In this document: positions 28,201-43,200 of the stretch, one piece after another | Position numbering within the stretch: position 1 is the stretch's first letter | Layout of the letters: each line of letters begins with the position of its first letter | Assembly: GCA_965644265.1 (NCBI GenBank) | Contig: OZ286463.1 | Coordinates: 19,096,001 to 19,160,000, forward strand | DNA: 64,000 bases | From: Glycera tridactyla | Lineage: Eukaryota | Reading direction: 5' to 3' | Position numbers and translations under genes: made by a program | Notes under the pieces: generated by a model | Told to the model about the DNA's origin: nothing | Databases searched by the model: none | Seen by the model: only the letters and a program-made list of their open reading frames with translations

Positions 28201-31200
28201 ATACTAGTCACTTTAGAAATGTATAGATGATTGGCAACTACTGTCAAGGCACTGTGCAGCCGAGTGTCATTCAACATCGATGTGCAGAATATATTACTGT
28301 ATATACACATCTACTGTGTCATTTTGAAAATTCATCATCCAATTGGAGATGTGGTCACATGAACATACACGCAGACTCGATAAAAACTGAGGAACCAATA
28401 ATTCAATAATTATTGAATTCAGGAATGATTTTCCTGAATATTGTCTGTGTATACATTCATGTGAGCTATAAGCATTAGGATCAATGCCAGAAATTAGCCT
28501 ACCCTCAATCACAATTACAAACCAGTCGATTCATCAAATGGGTACATTACCTGTATGGCTTTTTTCCCTATGGATATAGAATTCTGCATACTCTTTGTTT
28601 GTGCCAGCGCTTCCTTTTGACGGGCCCTTTGTTGTGCTGCCAACGAGCGTCTGCAAATTGACAGAGAAAGATAAGTGCTGTATCTTCCAATCTAAACAGT
28701 TTTGCCAGGTTGACACAATTTGAATAGTTTGCTGACGGATGGCCCACATTTCATCATTTTACATCATATTACATTGACCAGTGGCAATGTATTATTTCAT
28801 GTCACTGATGATAGTGTGACAGATTATATCACAAGGAATTCGAAGAAAATTGGAAGAATTTGGGGTTTCGTCATTCGGATGAAAGTCATTCATTTTCCGA
28901 GAGATGGAATAGTAATAAAGGAGAAACTGACAAGGATTACTCAAATATTGAGGTCTGAGATATGTTGAATCATTCATCAACACAGATTTGGATTGCAAAT
29001 GCGAAAATTCAAAATTCAGATTGAACTTGATTAGTCATTAGCAAATAAGAAATACGATCCTATGAATTTATCCTAACAGACCGTAGGATCAAAAATCAAT
29101 TTCGTTGATATCGTATAAGTTGGAAGCATCTGCCTGAGTACAAAATGTGCTTACCTTTCTTTGATGGCGAGTGCTGATAAATGCATTCTTGCTCTGATAG
29201 CTGCAAAGAAGCTTTCCTCGCGGGTGTGTAGGAAGTAATATAAGAGTGAAGACTGAAAAAGGAATGAATGGTACAATCCATCATATGGGTAATAGCATCA
29301 AGGACAATCAACTGTTGCTTCATTACTTCAATTGCTGCTCATGAATGAATCGTTTGAATAAATCATTGCTTGCATTGTGAAACATGGCTACTACACATAT
29401 ATTTGTGTATAGTAGCAAATGTAACCATGTCCAAGACCATACATCAGGATCAATGTGTGTTATCGTGACTCATGGGATGAAACCTTTACCAAGAACCATA
29501 TATAAATGTGTGTTATCGTGACTCATGGGATGAAACCTTTACCAAGAACCATATATAAATGTGTGTTATCGTGACTCATGGGATGAAACCTTTACCAAGA
29601 ACCATATATAAATGTGTGTTATCGTGACTCATGGGATGAAACCTTTACCAAGAACCATATATAAATGTGTGTTATCGTGACTCATGGGATGAAACCTTTA
29701 CCAAGAACCATATATAAATGTGTGTTATCGTGACTCATGGGATGAAACCTTTACCAAGAACCATATATAAATGTGTGTTATCGTGACTCATGGGATGAAA
29801 CCTTTACCAAGAACCATATATAAATGTGTGTTATCGTGACTCATGGGATGAAACCTTCACCAAGAACCATATATAAATGTGTGTTATCGTGACTCATGGG
29901 ATGAAACCTTTACCAAGAACCATATATAAATGATTTAATGTTTCTCAAAAAAGGCAAAGGATTGGAGAAAAGGTGCAATACAAAGGAAATACATTGGATG
30001 CAGAAGGCTACCACAATCCAGAGAGGATAGAGGAATGATTTGATCATTGGCATGTATTTATCTCCATCCTAAAACGTTTTGGAAATCGTTGCCCAATGCT
30101 GTGAAATGAGCAACACATAGGGATCCTGATTCCATCGTTCATAGCTGTCCGTCTTGATTGTGTGGACGCATAATCCTGGGATCAGAGCAGTGGTGATGAT
30201 TGAAACTTTGACGAATACAGAATTCAATTTTATCAATTGACTGGGAGAACGCTGGTGGTGATATGTCTTCTATGTGTGACGATTTATTTGAGAATTTATC
30301 GAAAACTTACCTGAACCTTTGCATTTGCATTGAACAGCATGATGCAGACAAAGGCAAGGACCTCTTTGGCAATACGGTCACTTGGTCTAGCTAGATGGGG
30401 CAGGACCATGATTACAGCACCCATGTCATTCAACTCGATCTGTAAGTCACGTACAAGTTGTACTTGTCTGAAAGAGAGATGGCCTCAATTGACTCAGGGT
30501 GATGTGAACAAAGGATGAATCCAAATATACTGGGGCTCATGACATATCCTAAAAAGAGTAATACAAACAAATCCGAATGGATTTAATATCATCCCTGAGA
30601 CATACAGAAGTTAAGCCACCCTTACATAGGCACGGCACCTGCTCGCGCTCGACTGCGTTGGCTGAATGCAGTCGAGCGCCAAGGGAATTGTGAAGGAGCG
30701 AGAAGCACAATCGAGCGCCAGTAGGCGCCTGACTTTTTCGAAGCTCCGCGGATGTTTTGAACATTTCAAAACTTCCGCGGTTGAGCGCAAGAAGTTGCTT
30801 AAAATGTAGGCAAGTGTGGAAAGGTGCGAGGAGGCATGGGGGAGCGCATTGAAGCACCAGGAAGCGTGGTCACTACCGGGTGTGCAGTATCAGTATGCTC
30901 AGCGATCACAGATCACTCGTGTAAAAAACTGTTACTCAACAGCAACCAATATCTCCTGTGGCGTCCCACAGGGATCGATTTTGGGACCTCTACTATTTGT
31001 GATTTTTATCAATGATCTCCCAAAATCGATCTCTGACTGTAAAACTAAAATGTATGCGGACGACACCGCCATTTACTATTCAAGTAATGATCGAGATGAT
31101 TTGGAATTGAAACTACAACTAGGAGTGATTGAACTTGAAACATGGTTTCATATGAATAAATTGACAGTGAACACTAAAAAAACAAAATGGATGCTATTGG

Positions 31201-34200
31201 GTAGCAGAGCGCGTCTTTGTACATTCATGAACATGGACATGATTATGAATGGGTCCGAACTAGAACGTGTTGACAGATTCAAATATTCAGGGGTATGGCT
31301 GGACGGATGCCTGACTTTTTCCAACCACGTCAACTACCAAATTGGTAACTGTACGCATAAACTTTCAATCATCGACAGGGCCAGGAACTGTATATCACAA
31401 GAAACGTCTCTCATGCTATATGGTTCACTGGTCCTCCCGGTGATTGACTATTGTGACACAGCCTATGACCCCATGTCTATGAACGACTCTCATAGGCTAC
31501 AGAGATCGCAAAACGCAGCCTGCCGAATCGTACTGCAAGCTGACCCATTACGTAGCATCCGAGAGATGCACTCAGAGTTAGGCATAGATTACCTGAAAAC
31601 AAGACGTCATAAGCACTTGTGCTCCGTAGTATATCAGGGGATACATGATTTGAGTCACTAATGTCAGTCAACAATATGGTAATTTTTTTCATTTCAATCA
31701 TTTTTGTCATTTTTCTTTCTACCAAACAAGCCGAAGATGTCCGGTGAAATATTGCCATACCTAACAAAATCCTGCTTCATTTCACCGAGATGAACCTGTG
31801 TTCCTGCTACATCAAGCATTTCTGATATTGAGCTACCTATCTATTTCTCTATGTTAAATTGATTTCTACTGATGTATTATTGTCATAATTTATTGCATGT
31901 ACATGTATATTTTTCACCTGTATGAGAGGGAGATAAGTTTGCAATTCATCTCAGACAGTTAATAAAGATTTTGAAGGCTTTTTGAAGCGGCGCCCGTTGG
32001 CATTCTGCTACGGTTGATGGCGCAGTGAGACCTCAGCCAGGCGCCAATGAGTGCGGGAACGAGGGCCGACAGACACCGTGAGGTCTAGTGACACCTGGGC
32101 CAGACGCCAAGTATCACGCGATAAAAACACTGGGAGCGGCGCGGCGCCGGCAATCGCGTGAGAAATAACGTATATCAACGCAGCCAAGCATGTGCAGGCG
32201 CCAGAAAGCATGGAGGAGCATGAGCAAACCGTAGCCAAGCGTGAGAAAACGGAAAAAATGACCATTTTACGAGGCCCATCATGGTTTTTCGTGAAAAAAT
32301 GGGTGCGTCTAGGCGCAAGCAGGTGCCGGGCCTATGTAAGGGCTGCTTAAGTCCAGAAATAAGTTCTATCTTGGTTTTCAAAGCGAATCTGAGGTGAGTG
32401 AGAGATCAGTGAAATCTGCTGATATGATTGATATGCTGATGTATATATTGGCCTATGATTATCACTGGCTATCTCTGGATATCACGGTAATGGTAGTTGA
32501 AAATGCAACTTACTTTTTATGGTCTTGTGGATTTTCTTCCCAGTCCTCTGGCAGTTTGCGTTCCTCATTGTGAATCACAGCTCGGAGCAGCTGTAAGCAT
32601 CTTATATCCAATTCTTCCTGCTCCAACCGGGCATTTTCTGATGTCAAAAATCGCTGCATATTTGATGATATCCTGAAATCGTAACCAATAATGAGTAGCA
32701 GTCTATGGTGCAACCAAGAGTCTTGAACCTACAAGGCCTCTGATTATTATATCATTGTCCCTGGAATACATAACATCATGAGCATTTATAGAAACATAAT
32801 TATCTGTGGACACTCTGACACATCATTATCTTATCTACAAGGCCTCAGATTATTATAACATTGTCCCTGGAATACATAACATCATGAGCATTTATAGAAA
32901 CATAATTATCTGTGGACACTCTCGACACATCATTATCTTATCCACAAGGTCTCAGATTATTATATCATTGTCCCTGGAATACATAACATCATGAGCATTT
33001 ATAGAAACATAATTATCTGTGGACACTCTGACACATCATTATCTTACCGAAGCATGACACCCAAGAACAACTGAGGAATCGATCGTTATCAATTACCCTT
33101 GAAGTTTTCTGGGAATTCCCTTCCTTGAAAAGGATGATTTCATCTTCAAAACTGATCATTATGACTCACCTCAGTTGCTCAACAATCTTTTTGACAAGTT
33201 CGATTTTTTTGATGACTTTTTTCTCACTTGGACGCACAAAACGTTTGAGATGTTCCTGAAATTCTTCACCCAGTGGAAGTTCATCATCTCCCCCAATGGT
33301 AGTGTATTCTGCAAACATATGTAAGCATTGATGAACTATTTCTCTTTCGCAGATATTCCGTGCCCTGAAAACGATAGGCAAATGGAAAGCAACCAGTAAG
33401 CCAGGTGTACAGGTCAGCAAACAGGACACTATCCAACGACTACCTGTTTTGTCTGTTTGAGGTTTAACGGCATGTATCAACCCGTGGGTTATTTATGCCG
33501 TTTATTCCTGGTTAATGAAAGCTAGATGTTCTCTCTCCTGCAGAAATCACTCTCACGAACCCTGAACACAAGTTGATAGGGAACCTGAAAGGTTGTCAAG
33601 TGGAAGTAGCTGACAGTTCAGATACACCTCTACCATCAACTACCTACTGACTATCCCTTATTCAAGACCCTGACAAAAGTCAGAAGGTATGCAATGATGG
33701 AAGTGAGTGAAAGATAATTGTCTTTGGACACAATGGTAATGTTTCTGCTTTCAGATCACTGGAACACCCAATGGTCCATAATGAGTGACAAGCTGTATGT
33801 TCTAGGTGGGTCTATACACAATGAGAGGAGTGTGTACCAATCAGGTTTGTGGTCATGAAAAGACATGTTATTATGAAGATGAACAAGAAAATGAGTAGAA
33901 TTATCGAATATTGAGAAATTCAGATCCTTGTCGATTGAATATCTCTATATCCTTACAAAAATGAATAGACTCAAGCAAATGCAGCTTTGTAAATGAGTGG
34001 GAGAGTGTATTTACCAAATCATGAAAAAAAAAGACTGAAAACGACTGATGAAAGTCAGTATATTGTGCATAAGATATTGATTTGATCTGAACTGAATCAT
34101 CGTTTCATGTGTGAACAAAGATATTGTTCCTTGTTACTACGCATCAACAATGAAAGAATAAATTCACCAAATAAATTCCTGTCATAGCGGAGTTCTCATA

Positions 34201-37200
34201 GGGCAGCAGCAACAGTGGGGACAGCACCACGTATCGATTTTGCAGGTGAAATAGCCATAACTGGATGTGATGGCAATAAATGTGGGATGAATGGGAAGCA
34301 GCTACAACTCGTGTCAGGTAGGGGCATCCAAGATGTGGATGAATTGATGCACCCTTGTGAGGTTTAGTGGGTTAAGATTGATTGATTGATTGATTGATTT
34401 TGTTTAACGTCCTTTCAACACCAAATGGGTCATATCGGACTGAAGTGTTCTATTGTACGATGGACTTTGGATATTGGGTTGAAAATAAATAATTAAAAAT
34501 GTATTTTTTCATTTTCTATTTTTCAATTTTTTTTTTTCACTTTTTCTCAATAAAAATGAACTATTAGCTGAAGAAAGGAGCACTGTTCCGGGGGCAATCC
34601 CCTACTCTTTTTGAAAAGCAACAGTGGATCTTTTACGTGCATGTAGCATAGACACATACTCACACGGCCGGCCTTTGTTTCCCAGTCGGCGTGCACTGGG
34701 TAAGTGGGTGAAGAAGCAGGAGTGTAAATTATATGAGGTTGGTGGGAGAGGCACTTGGAACTAGATGGGTTGTAATGTCCGTTGGTGATTCGCTTGGTTC
34801 CAGTTCAATGGTAGGTCTGTGCCATAAGTGTTAGATTGTGACACCCTTGCAATACACATGGGGGCTGATCATCTGAGATTTCTCCCCTGGGTGAAAGTTT
34901 CATGAAAGACTTCATTCATTATCTCTTGATATAAGTGAATCAACAGATTCGATTACATCGAAGCGGATATCACAGAAATACATAACATAGCTACACATCA
35001 TATTGGAAATTCATTCTCATATCTGTCCAAATTCATTTTCCATGATTTCCAACACAATGAACACAGGGACTAGTCAAACACTGATTCAGGAATCCACGAA
35101 GATATCTCCTGACTATTCTAGTTTAAGAGAAAATTCGATACACTCATATCAAAAAAAATATAATTGCTCCATGTATGACCTATTCAACACATATGATCAA
35201 TTAGAGAATTAGGATGATGGAAGATGCGCACTACAACAGATTCAATGACAAGATGCCCCTGTCGGCCTCAGATTTTTACAATCTTGTCCCAGGGATATAA
35301 TTAGATTTCCCCAGAGGATATTGGGAGAATACAATATGTATATAAGTATGTCAGTCAACGCTGAATGAATAATCAGGCCACGTGGATGTGGGAATAGTTG
35401 CATGAAGTGTGCAAGTAATGATACTGGAGTAACTTTCATAGTATGGTGTGATACCTATGAGAACATACTTGTGGAACCTCTGACTGCAAATCGAATGATC
35501 GCCCTTTATGCGTATTTACATCGAAGCGAAATCTATGGCTGGTTTATGGTATGACATTGATGGCAACTGTATGAATGCTGTTCATGTCCACTCTAATTGT
35601 TTGTATAAATGTCAAATCATATTCGATGCATGCCACATGCCAATAGAGCATTTCTTTTTTCAATCATTAATTGAGTTCTTCATTATGATGATTATAGGTT
35701 TTCCAACAATACATAACATGTGATCTTGATAGGTTAAAAAATAACTGGTATGTGTTCCCATGGGTTATCCCAATCCTGTTTTTTCATCTGTCTTTAATCA
35801 GGTCTGGCTGGATGACGATTCAAGTGAATGGACATGCATTGGACAACACCGGATGTATAAGATACAGAATATGTGGAGAGACACATGGGTCACAATGCAT
35901 ACTCACACTAACTATACTCATTGACAACAGAATATGCTCAGTAGTTTTTGTCCAAGATTACCATGTATCGAATGTATATAGCAAACAAACCAGTAACAGT
36001 CTACTATTTTGGATCCATCAGCGAAGCACATTCAAATCATGAATATATATGTAGTTAGACATAATACTTCATTTTATGCATCTGCTCGACCTGAGCGAGA
36101 TGCATTTCCATTGCATAAAGTATGGCTATCATGATCCAAGGATTAATAATAATAAACAGCTGAGAAATGAATTTCACCTGCTTTCTGATGATTGGATCAG
36201 TCAGGCAAGTTTGATTGCAAATTCGACAACGCAAGTATTTGCAAAATGGAGAACTAAAGATGGAGCATGCGAAAATAATGGGGGAGGAAAACCTCTTCTG
36301 TCATGTCCTACTTACCCATGTATGGTGCTAGTTAGTAAATATAAATATAGATGTCAGTGTAGCTAGCATGTTGACAGATACCAATCAATAATTTGATGGC
36401 AGTAGTTGCGCGAACCCACAACAAATCCAAGTAAACTGCGTGAATGCTATTGTAAATTACACAATCCTGGTCAACATCTGACTGACTTAGAATGATAGCC
36501 CTCGAGCATGTTGAGCATTCTTTCAGCATACTTATCATCATGACATATCTTGCATGATAGAGAAAGCATTCAACCCGCATCATTTCCAGAGGTTGATGTT
36601 AAGATTTCATCCTTTTTGGTATTTCTCTTATTCGCTGTGGGTGCTGCGGTAAAGAAGTCAGGAATGGCATTGGTATTAATCTCATGATGAACAAAAGATG
36701 TTGAAGATATGTCGATGATGCTCACAAAATTGATAGCTCCAAGGCTGTGCCCAAAGGTGGACCTTTCTCCACCATCACCAGTATTCAAATAGAGTTGAAG
36801 TGATGATATGCATTGTTCGAGGTACTTGGAGGCTGATTCCTTGATTGGTTCCTCTCTATCATCAAAAATATATGGGCACCTTAGTGACCTACCAGCAACC
36901 ACCGAGCAGTGACTATGCAACAATCATCTACATCCGCATAAAGTTTGCTCCTGCCTTCACTTATCCAATATGGTCATTGATTATCACTGATTGTTTGGTG
37001 CAAAACCTCCCAAATGCATGGAGGACAGAAATGATTTCAAGTGTGTAAACTCACATGCAATAGTTGGTCATCTAAGGTATCGCTCTCCAACATGGGGCAC
37101 ATATGCCTTTCCAAATCAGCTTTCACAATACAGAAATGAATATCCAATTGCAGCCTCATGCATTCACATTGAATTAATTGAGAAATTATATGATTTTATC

Positions 37201-40200
37201 TTTATCTCAATAAATCGGCAAAACATTATGTGCCCATATCGAAAGTTTAGCTGGAGATGCGGAGGAGGAAAATCACCATGCGAACCAGTCCATGCACAGA
37301 AAAATGGAAACCGAATGAAAATATCATCTATGGCATACCATCACCAAATATCAGTCAATCAATCACAAATCGAGAAAAAGTCTCCATCATCGTCAACAAA
37401 TATCAAGGTTGTATCTGGGGTAGAATGGGTTAAGTAGATGTTTGATTGTGATTAGGGTCAATAGTTTTCCACTGAAATGCATCATGGTGAACGAGGAGGC
37501 AAGATAAAACGTGAGCCAGAAGCAATCAGTATCATTATGACTCTTCTATCACAATTTCATTTATTCTGTTCAACTATAGAGCTCAGGATCATGGTTTTAT
37601 GATCTGGGGTATAATGAGAAAATGGCAAATGCTGCCCTTTAGTGGTTCAACATTGATAGTCATTCATGGTAATTGCATGATGGGGTATGGTTTGGATGGT
37701 AATGTGAGTACTTCTAATTTTCACATGAATATAAAATGTATCTTCCCGAATGGCTCTAAATCTATTCAGTAAATGAAGAGTCTCGGCTCATCCTGGCGAC
37801 AGTCACTGCCTATATTAACCAATTCCCTAGATATTCAAAACTAGTTTGATACTGTTAATTGTGAATAAATTTGATAACATACTTGGTTTTTGTACTATAG
37901 ACACTGTATATATGTTTGCATAAGCATTTAACACGACCCTTGAGGTCTTTATGTAACCATGTTTGAACTCATGCAATAGATCATTTCTCATCTTATCTTA
38001 TCTCATACAGAAAACAGCGATCGACAAATGTATATGGCTTGATGATTACATTATCAACTGTGTTTGGAGAATTTATTGCATGCAGTGCCCCAAGCGATTG
38101 GCATGCTGTGTCAGTGGAAAACAGGTTGGGGATAAGGAGAAACGTATCAAGGATTCTCTCATACCTGTGATCCATGACAGGAATCGCTGTAATTAAAACC
38201 TTCGAGCTGGCTCAATTCTCACAAGTGGTGATTCCTTATACGCGAATCGCAATAACCTACCTCGTTTGGACTTGAACTTCAGCTGCGCTTGTACGTTGTT
38301 ATGACCGCCGTACAGCAGGCTACAGTTGACGGCAAATGTTCGCAATTTTGCATTCAGTTCCAACTCCCCTTGGTAATATTCTTTATGGCCCTGTTGACAG
38401 AAGAGAAACAGCAGCATCAGCACTCGATATCCGTGGTGCACGTTCTACAATTTGACTGTTCACTGATTGTATCAAACAAGACACAAATTGTCCCCCTAAC
38501 GAACAGAATAAAGAGCAGGACATGTTACCCTAGCTCGGGAAACACAATTCACCTTCATCATTACGCACTAGATATAGTTTAGTAACGTGCATGATGCAAT
38601 TAAACTCCATTTCACACATGTTGTTTTTGCTAATGTATTGAGAAGAAATAGAAGCATGACAGATGACAACATAATTTTTCTCGGATTTTTGTATAGTAAA
38701 TTATTTAGAATGAGGAAGTTATCAGTGATAATCTATCAACATACCAGTCATGGCCTCTTGAGTCACAGAATTGTCAGAATACAAAGTGGGTATGCTGACA
38801 GTATTGGTGGATTATTGGGTGTCTCTCCTCAACATTTGACCGCATTTGTCTGAAGAATTCGAATAAAGAATTCGAATTGCAAAACATTGAATTATGTACA
38901 CTTCCATCTACGATGTATATGAGACCTTTGAAACAGAATCAGATACCAACTCATGACGATGATTTCACTGGTTGGTTGGTCAGGCAGATAGGCAGGTAGT
39001 ACGGTAGTTAGGTGGATAGGTAGGTAGGTAGGGAGATAGGTTGATCTTTGAATTGGTCATTAATATGTTGGTTTCCGTCTCGTAACCACCACCCCCCCGG
39101 GCAATGTTGATATACCAATGCAGCGGGCATGTCCGGTCCAAAAGATTGCATTATGGTGGTACATTGCTCAGCTGGTTATATGTTTCATATCCCATGATCT
39201 TAGTGGTATACTAAGATGCCCACTAAAATTGATTTAAACTCAGTGAAAATCCCTCATCCCGGATCCCTTGAAGGGGGTATAGGTGGTACGATTACTGGCA
39301 AATACAAGAATTGGCGGGTAGCTAGGTATCTTGTTATGCACATAAGGCTTGTGCATATTCAATGGCTTGATGTTTTAGGGAGGAAGGTATTCAGATAGCT
39401 TGGGTAGGTGAGTAAATTGAAAATGTGGTGATGTGAGGTTTTGTTGGTCGGTGGGCCAATGGACCGGTAGGTATGAAGGTATTCAGAGAGTAGTTAGGGA
39501 TATCGATAGTTAGATTGTTGGATAGGTTGCTAGGAACATGGACATGTTGTTAGATGGGCTAGATGTGTGGGGCAGGTTTGGTTGGGGTAGGGTACGGTCA
39601 CTCTGTCGGTCGTTTGTTCGGACATTTGGTCAGTCAGTCAATCAGTAAGCCATAGCTAGTCAGGCAGGTACCACGCTTGCTGGATATTCTTCACCACACG
39701 ATAATATGCAATAATATATTAGTATATCCCCTGAAACAAAGGCTGACAGAAATAAACACTGATATGAACAACAAACCACTCCAGTGAAGACACTAGTGAG
39801 AGAAAGTCATCCACAAACTTGTGTTAGCATTCTTATTAGTTGGCCACACACACACAAACATACAAATGTATAGACACACTCGACACGTGCAGTGACTTCA
39901 AGAATCTGAAATCACTACATCACTGTTAGGAACCGAATCGAATAAACGTATGCTTTTACTATGAGGTTAGAACAATCAATGTGACGTTTGTTGGGGTTGT
40001 CCCCCTAATCATGGAATACGTAATTGAACCAAACCTAGACATTTTGGTCTGAAGCACATATATGATGCTTGAGTAACTTTGCCATGCTATGTGTAAAATC
40101 TCTTATCGGGTTTGTTTGTTTGTTTGAGTTTAACGTCACTTAAAACCCGCTTGGGTTATATTGGACTGAAAAAACTGAAAATGTTGAGTAAAAGAGTCAC

Positions 40201-43200
40201 TGTCTGCCGGGGGCCGTCCCTACTCTTTGCGAAAGACAGCAGTGGATCTTTAACGTGCGTAAGGAAAAGGCTCCTAAATACACGGTCGGCCTTTGATATC
40301 CCAGTCGGCATGCACTGGGTTCTCTTATCGGGAATCACAGGATATAGAGCTGGCAATCGTTTACGTGTGAATATAGCAAGAATATATGGCTGTGAAGTAA
40401 AAACGCAATACCAAACGAGGTGTGAATTTTACCTGATGTCTCGAGGCCAAAGGCCGAGTGACATCCAGCCAAATTCAAACCGAGTTTGGTTTTGTGTTTT
40501 TACCTCACGGTCATATATTCTTGTTTTTATCACATGGATCAGGGGAGAAATCATCAGAAAGTAGTTCTCTCCCTGCTGTGAAGTATCACACGCAATACTC
40601 AACACCTGATACTTCTCTGAAAATGTCACATCCATGTGATAATATGCTGCTCTTGATAGTAGCTCTACTCTGAGTGTAAATGATCCATGACAGAAAGAGG
40701 ATCTTTAAGAGAAATTGACTTTTCAGCATGACAAAGCCTTCAGGAAGCACCCTTTACTGTTGAAAGAATTTCGACCACCAATATCTCCAACATCACTATA
40801 AATAACGTAGGAAGATGACATGCATGTAAAAGCACAGAGAGAAAGTAAATACATAACATAGTAGCTTTGATGCAAAATCTGGGAGTTAGAACACAGGTTC
40901 ACGTTTTGAATGCCTGAATATCATGCAAGTGGGAGAGATTTTTGGCTGTGAGGGTATTCCTTTAAATTGTTTGTTCGTGATAAAGCATGATATCAGTCAA
41001 AGCAATTTCACTCACAGTGCTTCACTGCAATACTAGGGAACGTACGACTGTCATCAAATGTGTTCTAACTGCCATTTCTCAGACACCTACATCTATGGCT
41101 TCAGTAACCATGGCAACAATGATGTCACCATACATACCATAAAAACATCAAACATACGACTCTGTCGACGAACATGATCCACAGCTTTCTTGGTCGGGTT
41201 TTTTGATAATGGTGCATTCAATAGAACAGATAGAAGAAAGATAACAGAAACAGGACACATAGACCGACACTATTGACATCATGCCGGCACCCTGGTCTAC
41301 GAGAGGGAATAACGATCAGGGATGTGGATAATGAATTAAAAAAAATCAAAAAGCTCAACATGCCTGAAATTGCTCGACAATAAGTTATGTCCTTTCATCG
41401 AGCAAGAAACATGATAATTTTGAAACTGATGAATGACGAAATCGAAGTTAAGAGTCATGATCTAAATTGATACAGCAATCATGACCGAATTATGGTAACG
41501 ATTAGATGTCATACAATGATTATGCAAACCGCTAGTAATTCTTCAGAATCTGGCATTTTTTCCCTGATTATCACCCATATCTTGTTTTAACAAGACTACA
41601 TGGGTAGGTTGAGATTGAACATAGCAACAAACGGCGAAGTGAGATATTCACTGTCATTCAGCGAAAATTTGCTTTTCCCGAGTGGACCTTGGATCTACCA
41701 TCATACATATTGACAAATGTGAGGCATGAATACATCAAACTATATCGAAAGACAGTGACATTTATGGACTAAACAATTAGAAAATACAAGGAAAATGGGA
41801 CGACTCAACAACCCATGCCATCACTGGAAGGAAAATATAATTCATAATCAAACAGCATGTGACAGACAAGCTATGATTATGAATACATTCCAGGATTTGG
41901 GTTAGGAAGGGTGGGTTTTTTGTGGGACTGATGACTTTTTTTTATAGATTTAACGGCATGTATCGACCCACAGGACTATTTATGCCGTGTGTTCCTGGTT
42001 AATGAAAGCTAGACGTTCTCTCCCCTGCAGACATCACTCTCACAGACCCTGAACACAAGATGATGGGGAACCTGAAAGGTTGTCAAGTGGAAGTAGTTGA
42101 CAGTTCAAACACACACTGATGACTGGACTGTGTCAAATCATCGGTAACATCAGATTATGCCACTGGAATATACTGCAAAACATTCACAGGTCACAACAAG
42201 GGTGGGATTTTTCAGGGACTGATGACTGGACTGTGTCAAATCATCGATAACATCAGATTATGCCACTGGAATATACTGCAAAACATTCACAGGTCACAAC
42301 GGGACAATTACAGAAAGACAAAGCACCAAATCAGAGGCTCCTATCCATGACCAACTAGCAACCACAACACCCAGAAAGGCAAATTGGTGTAGTTTTCAAG
42401 AGTGAAGGACTGGTGAAGGACTTGTGAACGGCCAGCAACAAAAAACGCAAAACCATTTACGAGATGCACTTTCAACCTGGTTCTGGTGAGTATCTATCCA
42501 TCAGTGACATGGTTCGATTAGCCTATTGATATCGATGTATTATGCTCAATCAATCACCATGGCCAATATCTGATTTCATCTGAGGAGATGTTGACAAAAG
42601 TGAGAATGTGGTTTCCAAAAGAATTACCCATGCACTTCGTGATCCACATAAGTTTTCTGGGTATTATATCAAATCAGTCACAATTATTGTCAATTTCGAG
42701 AACATTTATTTCGCAATCGATTACGGATAATTGAGATGAAACACAGGTCTACACTCCGTATGTTCAGTTGTTTTCAAGCAATTGTGATCTCTACATTGAA
42801 ATGTACTTTTTTGCTTCTGACTATATAAGACACAGTTCTACATGGAAAAGAGAAGTGATAACAAAAGTACGTTGCTATGAAACACATTGCAATGCATGTA
42901 CGATGTGGGAAAGTAAGATGTGGGGGCAAGCCATTGTGTCTTACCTTGGATGTGTGATGACGGCTTTCCCGTAATCGGTTTGTATTCCTGAGTTGTTCAA
43001 TCAGACCCTCCATGACCTGAAAGAGAGAAATGAATACAGTGAAATTGATGTGATGTATTCCTGAATTTTTCAATCAGACCCTCCATGACATGAAAGAGAG
43101 AAAAGAATACAGTGACATTGATGTGATGTATTCCTGAGTTGTTCAATCAGACCCTCCATGACCTGAAAGAGAGGAATGAATACAGTGACATTATTGTGAT

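Noticed and set aside
29452-29932. Regular short repeats resembling a CRISPR array (also 24691-25035)
   Set aside because: The units are head-to-tail with no unique spacers, the context is a eukaryotic intron, and there are no cas genes.
30816-30903. N-terminal part of the 281-aa RT ORF as a real start
   Set aside because: MERCEEAWGS... derives from the surrounding TIR element. RT similarity starts only near 30904, so this is a chance fusion.
34246-34317. 72-nt plus-strand AG/GT-bounded open segment as a nested gene exon
   Set aside because: It is isolated, with no partner exons or recognisable peptide.
36570-36923. 117-aa protein-like minus-strand ORF in the exon 19-20 intron
   Set aside because: The intron is phase 1, I found no phase-1 acceptor into this frame, and KSKR-EYTTIGG joins directly. 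No recognisable homology.
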